Under the pieces are notes generated by a model. It was not told the DNA's origin, did no database searches, and was given only the letters and a program-made list of their open reading frames with translations. A stretch of DNA of 64,000 nucleotides, taken from NCBI GenBank assembly GCA_020137815.1, contig CM035359.1, forward strand, positions 3,906,001-3,970,000, read 5' to 3'. The DNA is from Hormiphora californensis. Its lineage: Eukaryota; Animalia; Ctenophora. The position numbers were made by a program, and so were the translations under genes. Within the stretch, counting starts at the first letter, position 1; each line of letters starts with the position of its first letter. This document shows positions 27,701 to 39,234 of this stretch, piece after piece.

Positions 27701-30700
27701 ATTCTTATTTCGGAGCACGCGAGAACAGCGGCCTAATTGCTCGACCCTGTTTTACCTCGCCCCGCACGGGAAAGGGGGGTTAGAAGATATCAAACCAAAC
27801 CAGGTCTCTTCCAGGTTATCTTATAAGACCGTCCTCTTCGCAGGTGACCTACAACTATGGCTCATGCAACTATGGCTCATAGAATCTATGAGCCATAGAT
27901 GCATGCAACTATGGCTCATAGATTTTATGAGCCATAGATGCATACAAGTATGGCTCATAGAAATGTGATCTGATTAGGTTCTATGAGCCAAAGCTAGTGA
28001 GAGTGAGAGGGACGTGAGTGACACGTGAGTGACGCGTGAGTGACACGTGAGTGACACGTGAGTGACACGTGAGAGATCGAATCATATAATATTGAATGAG
28101 CACAATATGAATAATGAGCACAAATGTAAACGATTTACATAATAATAAATCTAATATTACATAATTAAAATTACACTATCAGTTCATCTTGGATATAATG
28201 GTAAAAGGGGTCCTTTAGACAGTTCATAGAGCATTTCACGTGAATCAGCAGCTCCTTAACACGATGTTTATTCAAATCTATGATCGGGTAGGTACTAAAC
28301 AGCCGCCTTGCATTATCACTATCAGGATCCACAGTAAAAAACTCTCCAACAGGTCTGATTTTCAAGAAAGTAGTATAGGTAGGATGTTCCCAGAAATTGC
28401 CTGGCTAAAGTTTCTGATCTTTCACACTCTTCAAAAACCTCCCGGTACTCGTTGAACGTTGTAGTGTTGTTCGTGACGTCGATAACAATTATAGCTAGTA
28501 AATCCACTGACAAATTCTAATGAGCGGTATGGATATGTGACAGTGTCACATATCCACCCCCCTAACTGACACGATTCTGGGATGAGTCATTAGCAGAGTG
28601 AAACGATACGAGATACGAAACTTATGATTCGGGGGAGCTCATTAGCAGTGTGAGACGATACGGTATATGGAACATGATTCGGGGAAGCTTATTAGGAGTG
28701 TTAGACGATATAATATGAGACACGATTCGGAGAATGTTTTATCGCTCTTTCTATCTATCTCTATCTCTTTTTGTCAATTATCTTGAGAACCAGATGAGAT
28801 ACCTACCCATACTAATGCGAGGAAGCTACAAACTTTGGTGCCCTTATTTTTGTCCATGTCGGCTCAGCCCCGTTGTTTTTAGGGGAATATGTTGTTGTTT
28901 TAGATGGAATGGTTTGAATTTGGTCTGTTTGGCAAGACTCGAAAATAAATAAAACCCAACGCATTCCATCTAAAACAACATATCCTCCTAAAAACAATGA
29001 GGCGAGTCGATAGGCTCTTATTACCAAAAATAAGGGCACTAAACTCACCAAGTGTGTAGCGTCAGCTCGCATTATAGTATAATGGTAGGCACCTCATCTG
29101 GTTCTCAAGTCCAAGATAATTGACAAAAAGAGATAGAGATCGATAGAGATAGAGATAGATAGAAAGAGCGATAAAACATTCTCCGAATCGTGTTTCATTT
29201 TATCGTCTAACACTCCCAATAAGCTTCCCCGAATCATGTCCCACATCCTGTATCGTCTCACACTGCTAATGAGCTCCCCCCGAATCATAAGTTTCGTATC
29301 TCGTATCGTTTCACTCTGCTAATAATGACAAAAAGAGATAGAGATAGATAGAAAGAGCGATAAAACATTCTCCAAATCGTGTCTCATATCGTCTAACACT
29401 CCTAATAAGCTTCCCCGAATCATGTTCCATATACCGTATCGTCTCACACTGCTAATGAGCTCCGCCGAATCATAAGTTTCGTATCTCGTATCGTTTCACT
29501 CTGCTAATGACTCATCCCAGAATCGTGTCAGTAAGGGGGGTGGATATGTGACACTGTCACATATCCATCCCGCTCATTAGAATTTGTCAGTGGATTCACT
29601 AGCTATAATTGTTATCGACGTCACGATTCACGAACAACACTACAACGTTCAACGAGTACCGGGAGGTTTTGGAAGAGTGTGAAAGATCAGAAACTTTAGC
29701 CAGGCAATTTCTGGGAACATCCTACCTATACTACTTTCTCGAAAATCAGACCTGTTGGAGAGTTTTTTACTGTGGATCCTGATAGTGATAATGCAAGGCG
29801 GCTGTTTAGTACCTACCCGATCATAGATTTGAATAAACATCGTGTTAAGGAGCTGCTGATTCACGTGAAAAGCTCTATGAACTGTCCAAAGAAGGACCCC
29901 TTTTACCATTATATCCAAGATGAACTGATAGTGTAATTTTAATTATGTAATATTAGATTTATTATTATGTAAATCGTTTACATTTGTGCTCATTATTCAT
30001 ATTGTGCTCATTCAATATTATATGATTCGATCTCTCACGTGTCACTCACGTGTCACTCACGCGTCACTCACGTGTCACTCACGTGTCACTCACGTGTCAC
30101 TCACGTGTCACTCACGTCCCTCTCACTCTCACTAGCTTTGGCTCATAGAACCTAATCAGATCACATTTCTATGAGCCATAGTTGTATGCATCTATGGCTC
30201 ATAAAATCTATGAGCCATAGTTGCATGCATCTATGGCTCATAGATTCTATGAGCCATAGTTGCATGAGCCATAGTTGTAGGTAATCCTCTTCGCACCGGG
30301 CGCGATGTACAGTCAGTGCCTGACAAATCTCTTCCAGGTTATCTTGTACACCCTAGAATCCTCTGAGAAAGAGATCCTAGCTCTTCGATCATTGACGGAT
30401 ATCTCTGATTACATGAAGACTTCCCTACCTGAGAAGATAAACATGACCTTCGAGTACCATGTACGTATTATGTGTTCAGCTGTCAGAGCATTGGCCTGAG
30501 TCATTCTCGTTTCTCTCAAATTTGGAGCGCGTTAGAACTGTGGTCAGAGCATTGGCCTGACAGGTGTTCAGTGGTGTCTTTACTTTATAGGGTTGTAGGG
30601 TTAAATCTGATTTAAGGTTTAGAATAGGATAATTAGAAATAACTCTTCTCTGATGCTGCCTGGCCCTCTTAATCTTATCTATAGATGCATTTTGAAAGAT

Positions 30701-31245
30701 GTTATACCATAATTTGGAGACTTTGTGTTCACTGAACAATACTTCCAGGTACCGGAGATTTTCGCCAATTCTCGCGATCTCAAGGGTGCATTGAGGGAGC
30801 TGGAGATAGAGTACGAGGTTCTTCACGAGGATCTAGAGTCAGCGAATAAAGCTGAGAGATTGGAGATAAAGGTTCAAATGTTGGCGGCTCAAAACAAGTA
30901 TCAGGCGGATCAAATAGCGAAACTTAACCGGGAACTCGCAAGATCCAGGTAATGTATTAAATATTTATTGATCAATTTATTGAATGATCAATAACATTGA
31001 CCAATAAAATGCATTAGTAGATGATATCTAAGATACCATACGATCCATCTCAATATATTTACAGGGCTCTTGCTAAGAAACTAGAAGATGAAAACTGGAC
31101 ACTCCAGGCTGAGATAGCAAATATGAAATTGGAAATGGATGGAGTTCCATCCGATGATTATGAAAATGGATCAGATGGGAATGAGACTGTTAATGATGCG
31201 ATATTGAAATTAGCTCTGGATCCTCTGTCCTTTTTTGTCGAGTGA
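12479..31245 (+). CDS. TBC1D1/TBC1D4 (AS160)-like Rab GTPase-activating protein (PTB domains, TBC domain, coiled coil); multi-exon, 5' end uncertain
   Basis: PTB-like exon YDVIYCGSDVISRYLVDSAIHW at 12479-12596. The segment CPIVVFNRMCEDLQG-LSEDEVMSKL...NALLVRCLRRMFEGHQGNHTH at 19.7-20.5 kb resembles the TBC1D1 inter-PTB region. TBC motifs: GVPDALRGEIW (25834), RTFPHHPHF, VGYCQGMNFVAG (26424), PWFLTVFS and GIEAIFK, then LRELEIEYEVLHE. Stop at 31245. Confidence 0.85.
13027..14578 (-). CDS. Intronless MFS transporter, SLC17/anion:cation symporter-like, nested antisense in the RabGAP intron
   Basis: 469-aa hydrophobic ORF with WSEETKAFVLGSYFYGF, ERK..., LNWKWYFYFGG and DPVNSAFIYSVCNG motifs. The C-terminal helix (FIGPGLMAALT...WTRFYYTIVGF) continues in ORF 13027-13218 after a +1 G in a G-run near 13210. 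Confidence 0.85.
14793..15355. mobile_element. MITE with G-run/C-run TIRs and a 6-bp TSD
   Basis: G(n)TCCAGCCCTAAAAAA..GCTAA pairs with TTAGCTTTTTTAGGGCTGGAC(C)n. AAACAA is repeated at 14787-14792 and 15356-15361. Internal (AAAAAAGCTA)n arrays occur in both orientations. Confidence 0.8.
15532..15864. mobile_element. MITE-like element with ~125-bp imperfect terminal inverted repeats
   Basis: agaaaaccatattacagac...cacacgacagcccg is the reverse complement of cgggctgtcgtgtg...ctgtaatgtggttttct. Confidence 0.7.
17523..17661 (+). repeat. 37-bp minisatellite, about 4 copies
   Basis: Unit aaccctcctttacaattgtgtgtggtgagacagttct at 17523 and 17560, then two more copies. Confidence 0.9.
17990..18624. 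mobile_element. Non-autonomous element with a branched three-hairpin structure
   Basis: Outer stem 17990-18011/18151-18172 encloses hairpins 18026-18060, 18061-18100 and 18101-18136. A further inverted repeat pairs tatagaccccgct (~18169) with agcggggtctata (18612-18624). Confidence 0.55.
21688..24960 (-). mobile_element. RTE-clade non-LTR retrotransposon, apparently full length, in the RabGAP intron
   Basis: Single ORF with short 3' UTR ending in (AAGTC/AAGT)n repeats at 21688-21708. The 5' limit is approximate. Confidence 0.85.
21745..24627 (-). CDS. LINE ORF: apurinic endonuclease plus reverse transcriptase (960 aa, uninterrupted)
   Basis: APE motifs GTFNCRTL, GIQEHR, GDFNA, LDYIL and SDH. 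RT motifs NYRGIAL, QNGFREGRST, IDFVKAFDSI, QGDTLAPYLF, FADDVALL and FKYLGS. Confidence 0.95.
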   Translation of the reverse strand: MNKVIHRTRIGTFNCRTLRTADKVSELAYQFSKHGIGLLGIQEHRIVHPETVKRTQAGPDSILLTSTAWRNSMGASVGGVGILMGTNASKLIVETRVVSNRILAVTFAGNPKLTLVTVYSPTEGAEFDEVEQFHNELREYLHEVPAHNLLIVCGDFNARLGWEGTSSGWYYHRTTSRNGVLLKETMEETNLEATNIRFRKKKSRLWTFLSDGTQRKATLDYILIRKKWRNSIKDTTTSEALSSLGSDHRLLIAKVKLTLRKRKTLPGRPNLDYGPLRTDPDLRDRFSVEVHNRFSCLTSTAEDDPTTNYGHFISAVQETSKALLGKKRKRLKDVVAEDYRVKRVRTELECASKEYHEAPDERTRIRVNRAKEGLSGAYGEVESEIIEGKIRRVEDAARNAKSREVWRIVNEVSGRNLRTASQLEGGSPEERNDIWLNHFRTLLGSTPSGSSDTEVEQLFPPADIFTGSFTLEEYQRAKKRIKEGKAYGDDSIPPEVLKRCDLDEIVLGFCNGALEGKGIPEQWTVSNIIPVPKKGDLSKPGNYRGIALTSIVAKTLNRMLLHRIRPYIETKLLDSQNGFREGRSTTSHILTLRRILEGARRKQLPVAMGFIDFVKAFDSINRSSLIKILRAYGIPDAIVDLIQWLYTNTKAQILTTDGVTAIFEIVAGVLQGDTLAPYLFIIVLDYCLRIALSRHPEIGFTLRPARSRRVGASRVTDTGFADDVALLANSVEELGVLLREVETVCKEVGLAINQNKTELIVENIPDPEPLLTCDGHTIKTTDDFKYLGSWIRDSNKDIKNRKSKAWVACHGLKKVWNSDLKDELKCRLFVATVETVLLYGCETWTLTKQMEKSLNGAYTRMLRMALNKNQWQLRMTNGTLYGIGGLPILSTKIVERRLRLAGHAQRHSELTLHKVLLWEPTHGQCKRGRPSKTFVDVLRQDTGLGDVKEIASVMEERDAW
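27843..30286. mobile_element. 2.4-kb foldback (Mutator-like non-autonomous) element with a 9-bp TSD
   Basis: Palindromic over nearly its whole length around a ~50-bp centre (28911-28961). CTCTTCGCA is duplicated at 27834-27842 and 30287-30295. The termini carry ctatggctcat and gtgagtgacac subrepeats. Confidence 0.9.
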
Positions 31246-31884
31246 AATAATGATTTGATTTTGTTGATTTGTGATTTCTTAAAATGCATTTTCGCCAAAT
31301 TCAGTGCTTGTTACTTCTTTATTTCTGAAATAGCATCATTTGACATTTCTATCACGTTATTCGACAACCAGTAAGTTAAAAACCTAGGTCGAACACATTG
31401 TCAAACTTGGTGTCACGCGCACAGTCTTCGTCTTGATGAAAGCACACAACTTCGCGCGTACTCATTTTAAATTTCACATGCTTTTCCTGACGCGCACTTT
31501 TGGTCATATTGGAGACACCATACTGGGATATTGGACACATTTAACTACCATACCATAATTCTGCTTATTCAGCTGTTTTCTGAAATAACAGATCAGAGCA
31601 GAAAAGGAGTCCAACTGCTGATTAGGGGTGTCTATCTCCAAAGATTTGCGCCAAAACAGTGTGCTTTCATTACAGTGACACACCCGCGCGCGACAAAACA
31701 ACCAGTGTGAAGAAAAAGATCAAGAGGCTTCTTCAAGTGAGGGACTGCCCACTGGCCACTACACTGAGGACACATGATACAGTAACACAGCGAGAACAAT
31801 ATTTTTTATATCGGGAAATAAATAAGAAATATATAACTTTTGTCGCTATAAAAGTTTAAATCACATAAAACACACAATTAACTA

Positions 31885-34800
31885 TCAGTCCCAGAGCAGA
31901 CCCTCAACCTTTGCATCAAGTCCAGATATCACATCCTCGATTTTCCTCCACTCATCAGTACTAACAGTAGGCTGAAGGGAGGTCCTATCTAGGACGGCAG
32001 ATAAGAAGGCGGTGCTCGAGCCGGCAGGTGGACCATTCAGACTAACAAACATCTCAGATACAACCTGTTTCATATCTTCACCCGGGAGGTATCTCTCTGT
32101 TAGGTTACCAAAGTCCTCACCGATCACCTCACTAACACTGAACGTTAGTAGCGTGTAAACCAGCTCGACCATCGGAGTGGGTAGATGGCGGAGTCCATTG
32201 ATCATTGCCATGTTTTTAATAGCCTCCTCAAGGCTGGACCCTCCTCTCATCCCTTCTACAAGGGACTGCTTCAAGGTGCAAAGGTCTCTCTCACGGAGAT
32301 CCCCCGATGTGACAAGAGGTTGCAGAATATCAAGGTTCAGTTCTGGTAGGTCAGGAGTCCATCCCTCTAGCAGGCCAGGTATGGTGGTCAAGGTTCCACA
32401 ACATGTGTTATTTGGTTGTTTCTGGAAGATATCTCCACAATTGTTGCACATCTGGGGAGCGAGGTCTCCCACGGGGTTTCTAGTACCCCCAACAAGCTCA
32501 CTGAGGAATACCGCACCTTGGATGAGCCGCTGTATGTTCGTACCATTCCTGTACCCCCAGCTACCATGGCTTATAAACATGTAGTGATCCGTTAATTCCT
32601 TCAGCTTGTCCAGAAAGTTCTGGTGGTCTACATAGATGTCTTGGATGTCTTGGGCATCGTCATTTGTTTGGGGGTCCAGTAATAACACAAGGGTGTCCTT
32701 GTATTCTTTTCCAAAAAATTGGGTAGAAGCGGAGGCATATGCTGAGACGGACAGCCTGTGTAGTCCCTCCTTTACTGCAAAACAAACAACGACCCACTGG
32801 TCCAACGTAATGTCTGGATTCTCAAATGCCTGGGAAAATCTGGCAAAGAATTCTCGTAATCCACACAGGAATAATATAGAGAGCCGTATAGCTGGATCCG
32901 TCATATTCTTGTCTTGGAGACAGTCTGGATGTGACTTTAAGTACTCCAGTGCCTTAGATACTTTCGAGTTTTTATCTGTTTCTATCGCCTTCTTCATGAT
33001 TTGATCCACAATGCGGGACCCATCCCAAAACCAAATACAACCCGAATCCTGATAGGACAGCCTATCCAAACCCAACATCTCCGTCTCTAGATTTTCCATG
33101 ACTTGGCAGTTGACAAACTGACCATCATAAACTGCCCCTTTAACGTGATATAACATCTCGGCAGCCCCAAGTACCTCCTTCAGACGTTCAAGAATGGAAC
33201 TTGCCAGACCCATCCCACTTTTATCCAGATGAGTAATGTAGAACACTTTTTTAAACGCTGCACCAGAGGTCTTGATGTCGGGTACTACAATGGCGATCGT
33301 ACACCTGGGGAAATAATTAACTAATTTTTTGGTCCCGAAGTCACTGGGGCGCTCGCGTGGACGGGTAATTTCATTACCAAATTTATTTTATTGTTTGGGC
33401 ACGTCACACACGCCAACTTACCAGTTGTCCCTGTGATCACTGATGATAAAAATCGGGAGCATGAAACCCATTTTCTCTGTAGCGTCATTCAGGTACTTTT
33501 GGAGGTTTTCAAACAGCACTTTCTCCATGACGTGGACCTGCTCGTCCAGGATACTCCGGTCAGGGTAGTGGTCCCCTAGGGTAACTCCCATCTTATTGAC
33601 AGTGTATACCAGATCTTCAAAACTCCTGAAACGTGTGGATTTAAAAAATCATCGTTTATTACCTTACTCTAGTTATTTAAGCTCCTATATTTCAAGAAGC
33701 TTTTAAACTTTTTTCTAAGAAACCGCAAGAGTAAGCAATCCAAAAACTAAAAGAAATTCTCGTTTATTAAGAAACTAAACAAGTTAGCGGTATCCAACTT
33801 TGTTGAGGTGTTTCTGAATTGTGTGATTTACACTTGAAAAGTTTCTTATAAACAAGTTTCTTACTGAAGTGTTTCTTAATAAACGAGAGTAAGGTATGTC
33901 ATCATCCACGAAGGAAAATAAAAAATAACAGCATGTATAGTAATAATTCTGAGGGATGGGGGATATACGTACTTGTCACAACAGCTGTATCTGATATCGT
34001 GGTATATGAGTTTCAGCAGCTTAAACTCAGTACTCTCCTCTTTTTGCAGCATCAATTCCTCCTCCCTCAGTCCCCTAGCTGCAGCTACATTTATCATGTG
34101 GCGCGGATGTTTTAGATGAACCCTTAGCTCGAATAACAGTCTAACCCACCGTTTCGTAAAGTGACCCTTTTCGTTTTTTACAGCGGCCAACTTGTATCCC
34201 TTTAAAGAAGGGCAGTCCTTACATCTCATTCTATTCACAGATTTATCCTCAAAATAACATGGTGCAGCCTTCAAAATTTCAGCGATGCTTTCAAGTCTCA
34301 CTAGACTCTCGGTAATATCTTCCGCTCCCTCCGATTCCACGTCCGTACAACCTGGAAAGGAAAATTGAAATTGAAATGTGATAATCTCCGCCAAAGTAAT
34401 CAATCACTAAAAGTTTGGAACACTACTAACCATCGTCAGAGCCGTCTACAACTGGAGTAGTAGTAGAAGATGTTTGAACATCCCTCTGTCTCCTTCCCTG
34501 CGCTGCGTTTTTTGTGTGGCGTGGATTTCTCAGGTGAGCTCTCATTGCACTCCAATTACATTTTGTAATATGCTTAAAGTTTTTGATCTTGAAGCCCTTG
34601 TGTAATTTAGGTGGGCAGTCCTTACATTTGATCATACTTTCAGCTTTATCCACAAAGAAAGGTGCTTCTTCTAAAATTTTAGCAAAGCCTTCCAATATCG
34701 CTAAATCTCCCTCTTCATCCTCATCATCTTCCGAACTCTGATCATCATTTTTTGCAATGCGACCTCTTTTCTTAACATTTTTTATGTGGTTTGGGTTTTT

Positions 34801-37393
34801 TAGGTGCTCCCTTAGATGGCGTAGCAGTCCACTCCATTTTTTTGTAAAGCGTCCCTTTTCATTTTTCATGGTGACCACTGTGTAGCCCTTTTGCGTCGGA
34901 CAGTCCTTGCATCTTATCCTATTTACAGTTTTATCCTCGAAAAAACATGGCGAAATTTCAGCGATGCTTTGCAATCTCACTAGACTCTCGGTAATATTGT
35001 CCATTCCCTCCGATTCCGCGTCCGTAAAACCTGGAAAGGAAAATTGAAATTAAAACATGATAATCTCAACTAAAAATATTTAATGTCTAAAAGTTTGGAA
35101 CACTTCTTACCATCCTCAGAGGCGACATCAACTAAAGGAGCTTTAGAAGAGGCGACATCAACTAAAGGAGCAGTAGAAGAGCAATGAACAATTGGCAAAG
35201 TCGTGGTGGAAGAGTTATGAACTGGTTCCTTGTAACTGATATCGACACTTTCCTTGTCTGCAGGGTCGGTACTCTGCAGCACTACTGCGTCCTCTCTCAT
35301 TCTCCTTGTTGCAGCAGCGTTTATTTTGTGCCGTGGATGTTTCAAATGAACCCTTAAATCGTATAACAGTCTAACCCACCGTTTCGTAAAGTGACCCTTT
35401 TCGTTTTTTACAGCGGCCAACTTGTATCCTTTTAGAGAAGGGCAGTCCGTGCATCTCATTCTATTCACAGATTTATCCTCAAAATAACATGGTGCAGCCT
35501 TCAAAATTTCAGCGATGCTTTCCAGTCGCACCAGACTCTCGGTAATATCTTCCGCTCCCTCAGATTCCGCGTCCGTAAAACCTGGAAACGAAAATTGAAA
35601 TTAAAACATGATAATCTCAACTAAAAATATTCAATCACTAAAAAAGTTTGGAACACTACTAACCATCGTCAGAGCCGTCTACATCCCTCTGTCTCCTTCC
35701 CTGCGCTGCGTTTTTTGTGTGGCGTGGATTTCTCAGGTGAGCTCTCATCGCACTCCAATTACATTTTGTAATATGCTTAAAGTTTTTGATCTTGAAGCCC
35801 TTGTGTAATTTCGGTGGGCAGTCCTTACATTTGATCATACTTTCAGCTTTATCCACAAAGAAAGGTGCTTCTTCTAAAATTTTAGCAAAGCCTTCCAATA
35901 TCGCTAAATCTGCCTCTTCATCCTCCTCATCTTCCGAACTCTGATCATCATTTTTTGCAATGCGACCTCTTTTCTTAACATTTTTTATGTGGTTTGGGTT
36001 TTTTAGGTGCTCCCTTAGATGGCGTAGCAGTCCACTCCATTTTTTTGTAAAGCGTCCCTTTTCATTTTTCATGGTGACCACTGTGTAGCCCTTTTGCGTC
36101 GGACAGTCCTTGCATCTTATCCTATTCACAGTTTTATCCTCGAAAAAACATGGCGAAATTTCAGCGATGCTTTGCAATCTCACTAGACTCTCGTTAATAT
36201 TGTCCATTCCCTCCGATTCCGCGTCCGTAAAACCTGGAAAGGAAAATTGAAATTAAAACATGATAATCTCAACTAAAAATATTTTATGTCTAAAAGTTTG
36301 GAACACTTCTTACCATCCTCAGAGGCGACATCAACTAAAGGAGCTTTAGAAGAGGCGACATCAACTAAAGGAGCAGTAGAAGAGCAATGAACAATTGGCA
36401 AAGTCGTGGTGGAAGAGGTATGAACTGGTTCCTTGTAACTGATATCGACACTTTCCTTGTCTGCAGGGTCGGTACTCTGCAGCACTACTGCGTCCTCTCT
36501 CATTCTCCTTGTTGCAGCATGCAGTTTATCATTGTGGCCGTGGATGTTTTAGATGAACCCTTAGCTCGAATAACAGTCTAACCCATCGTTTCGTAAAGTG
36601 ACCAATTTCGTTTTTTACAGGGGCCAACTTGTATCCTTTTAGAGAGGGGCAGTCCTTACATCTCATTCTATTCACAGATTTGTCCTCAAAATAACATGGT
36701 GCAGCCTTCAAAATTTCAGCGATGCTTTCAAGTCTCACCAGACTCTCGGTAATATCTTCCGCTCCCTCCAATTCCTCGTCCGTACAACCTGGAAAGGAAA
36801 ATTGAAATTGAAACATGATAATCTCACCTAAAAATATTCAATCACTAAAAAAGTTTGGAACACTTACCATCGTCAGAGCTGTCTACAACTGGCGGTTTAG
36901 CAGAAGAAGAGGTGTGAACTGGGTCCTTGTAACTAGTATCAACATATTCCATCTTTACAGGCTTCCCAACCTCAGACCCAATCATTTCAGCAGGGACTGA
37001 GTCATAGTAAAAAGGGTCAATACTTTCTGTTTTTATCAATGATCCAAGCTCTCCTCCAAACACCCCACAAAACTCAGTTTGTGTTCCCACTTCCACCAAC
37101 ATGGCTGTTTTAACAAGTCTGTACCCGGAACCCAGCCGGTGGTTTCCCGATATCCCACATCCCTCACAAGTTAATACAATGCTGCTCTGGTCGACTTGGG
37201 AACTTGAGAACTTGGGTTCAGAACACTGCGTTGCTGGAATCTTGGAGATTGTACAGGGTGGTTCATCAGTTGTAATATTACCACGTTCATCCACGTGGAT
37301 TTGTTCAGTTTTCAGAAGGGCAGGAATGTCGAATCTGGGTTTGAGGTTCTCTGAGCTATCAGAACAGGATCTATCAAGTTTTCGTTTTGCCAT
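31885..37393 (-). CDS. hAT-transposase-derived multi-exon gene with repeated N-terminal CxxC...H..H zinc-finger-like modules
   Basis: Repeated RCKDCP...HLK(N/H)P(N/R)H modules. Exon 33420-33625 reads GVTLGDHYP...PIFIISDH. The last exon has GAVYDGQF, WDGSR, SVSEVIGEDFG and EMFVSLNGPP, which resemble hAT catalytic and dimerisation motifs. One B-type exon copy is frameshifted near 36530. Confidence 0.6.
34080..36880. repeat. ~1.2-kb tandem duplication (about 2.3 units) of an exon pair plus introns
   Basis: Near-identical A exons at 34426-35030 and 35659-36233. B exons occur at about 33971-34351, 35110-35582 and 36313-36789. Confidence 0.9.
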
Positions 37394-38647
37394 GATATAT
37401 ATCCTGTATGGAAAAAGATAACATTAAAAATCTGTTCCCCATGCACATTGCTTTGGTGGGGTAAAGTTGGAGTAAAGTATTTTGAATCCGACTTTACACC
37501 ATACATTATAATTCCGATCTGCCCCTCATAAAATAATTCCATGAGGAACAATATCAAATCTACATATCATAGCGCTGGCAAGCGCCCGGGGCCCAATCCT
37601 CCCTCCCCCCAACCATCCTTCCCTTAAAAATGTCCATTTTCCAAGCATTCTTGCTTCCATTGAATGGAAAATCGAAATTGCGAAAAAAAAATTTTTTGAA
37701 TTTTTTGAAAATTTTTGAAAATTTTGACAGCGCTACTATACTTATTGTCTGAAATCGGCAATTTCAACTTTGTTTTAGACAACCTTCCCGTTGTCCTACG
37801 AACTTGTCGCTTGGTAGTTCGTGTTGCCTTGACACCTAGAGCACACGTTGAAAATTTCATGCAAATCGGAGTTACGGTTTTTACGTTACAGAGGGTCGTA
37901 TTTTCGACAAAATGTCCGTTTTTCGCGTCACGAACGACAGTAAAATAACCACTTTTTTGCGTACACAATAGAGGCCACAGTTTTAAAGCTATCACCATGA
38001 AACTTTGGGAGTCGGTAGGTCTAGTGGTGTACCTTGTATTAAAGCTTGGACAGAGAAAACGGACAGTCATAACAAAAGTTATGACTGTCTTAAGTTTTCT
38101 TTGGCGTTTAAGATGGCCTTCCCGTCGTTCTACAAATACGCCGCTTGGTACGCGGTGTTGCCTTGACATCTTGAACACACGTTCAAAATTTCAAGCAAAT
38201 CTGAGTTGCGGTTCGTCAGTTACGGGCATCTGACTGTATTAAGATTTAAGACGATTTTCAAAAAACCTAGAAAAGAGCAAATTAAACTACAAATCATGAT
38301 TTTATCATATATATTTTGCCAACGTATGTCAACTGCTGTATTTTCAGGTATAATTGGTAGTCATATCTAGATTTATGACTGTCTTAAATTTAAGACGATT
38401 TTAAAAAAACCTAGAAAGAAGCGATTCAGAGTCTAAATTAACATTGAATCAGATTTATGTTATAAAATTAGGTTTATTGCCGCATTTTCAGTTACAATTG
38501 GTAGTCATATCTAGAGTTATGACTGTCTTAAATATACGACGATTTTTAGAACACCTCGAAAGAAGCGATTCAGAGTCTAAATTTCCAGTTAAAATTGGTA
38601 GTAATGACTATAGTTATGACTGTCTTAAATAAAACGAGAGAGAGAGA

Positions 38648-38691
<44 letters not shown>

Positions 38692-38750
38692 GAGAGAGAG
38701 AGAGAGAGAGAGAGAGTAAGAGAGAGAGAGATAGAGATAGAGATAGAGAT

Positions 38751-38827
<77 letters not shown>

Positions 38828-38861
38828 GTCACCAATTACCTCCACTTAGCAGCCAATTATT

Positions 38862-38938
38862 CATCACTAGTATATATTGTACTGATTAGTTAGCCCCCGA
38901 TGGGGGCTAACTAATCAGTACAATATATGCTAGTGATG
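38862..38938. other. 37-bp stem, 3-nt loop hairpin; candidate left terminal structure
   Basis: catcactagtatatattgtactgattagttagccccc-gat-gggggctaactaatcagtacaatatatgctagtgatg, with one G-T mismatch. Confidence 0.85.
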
Positions 38939-39119
38939 GATTAAACAGCTAATCGTCATAATTACAATTGACATGCTGCTAACTAATCACAACATTCTAT
39001 GCTATAGTGATGGTTCAACTAATCGTGATAGCCAATTGACATGCTGTTAGCTAGTTACTGGGCGCTAACTATTATGTTACTAACATCGAATAATGTAATG
39101 AGTAGTCGCATTGTTTTGG

Positions 39120-39158
39120 TATAAAAACCAGATGGAAAAACCAAAGAGTATCACTTCC
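39120..39158 (+). promoter_or_regulatory. TATA box plus initiator for the element's large gene
   Basis: TATAAAA at 39120 and TCACTTCC at 39151 (31-bp spacing), about 80 bp upstream of ATG 39235. Confidence 0.6.
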
Positions 39159-39234
39159 GTTTGAATCGTAAAGTTCCTGATACAGATAAATCACAACAAT
39201 TACTCGATTGTCATTAATCCTTATTATATCTATT

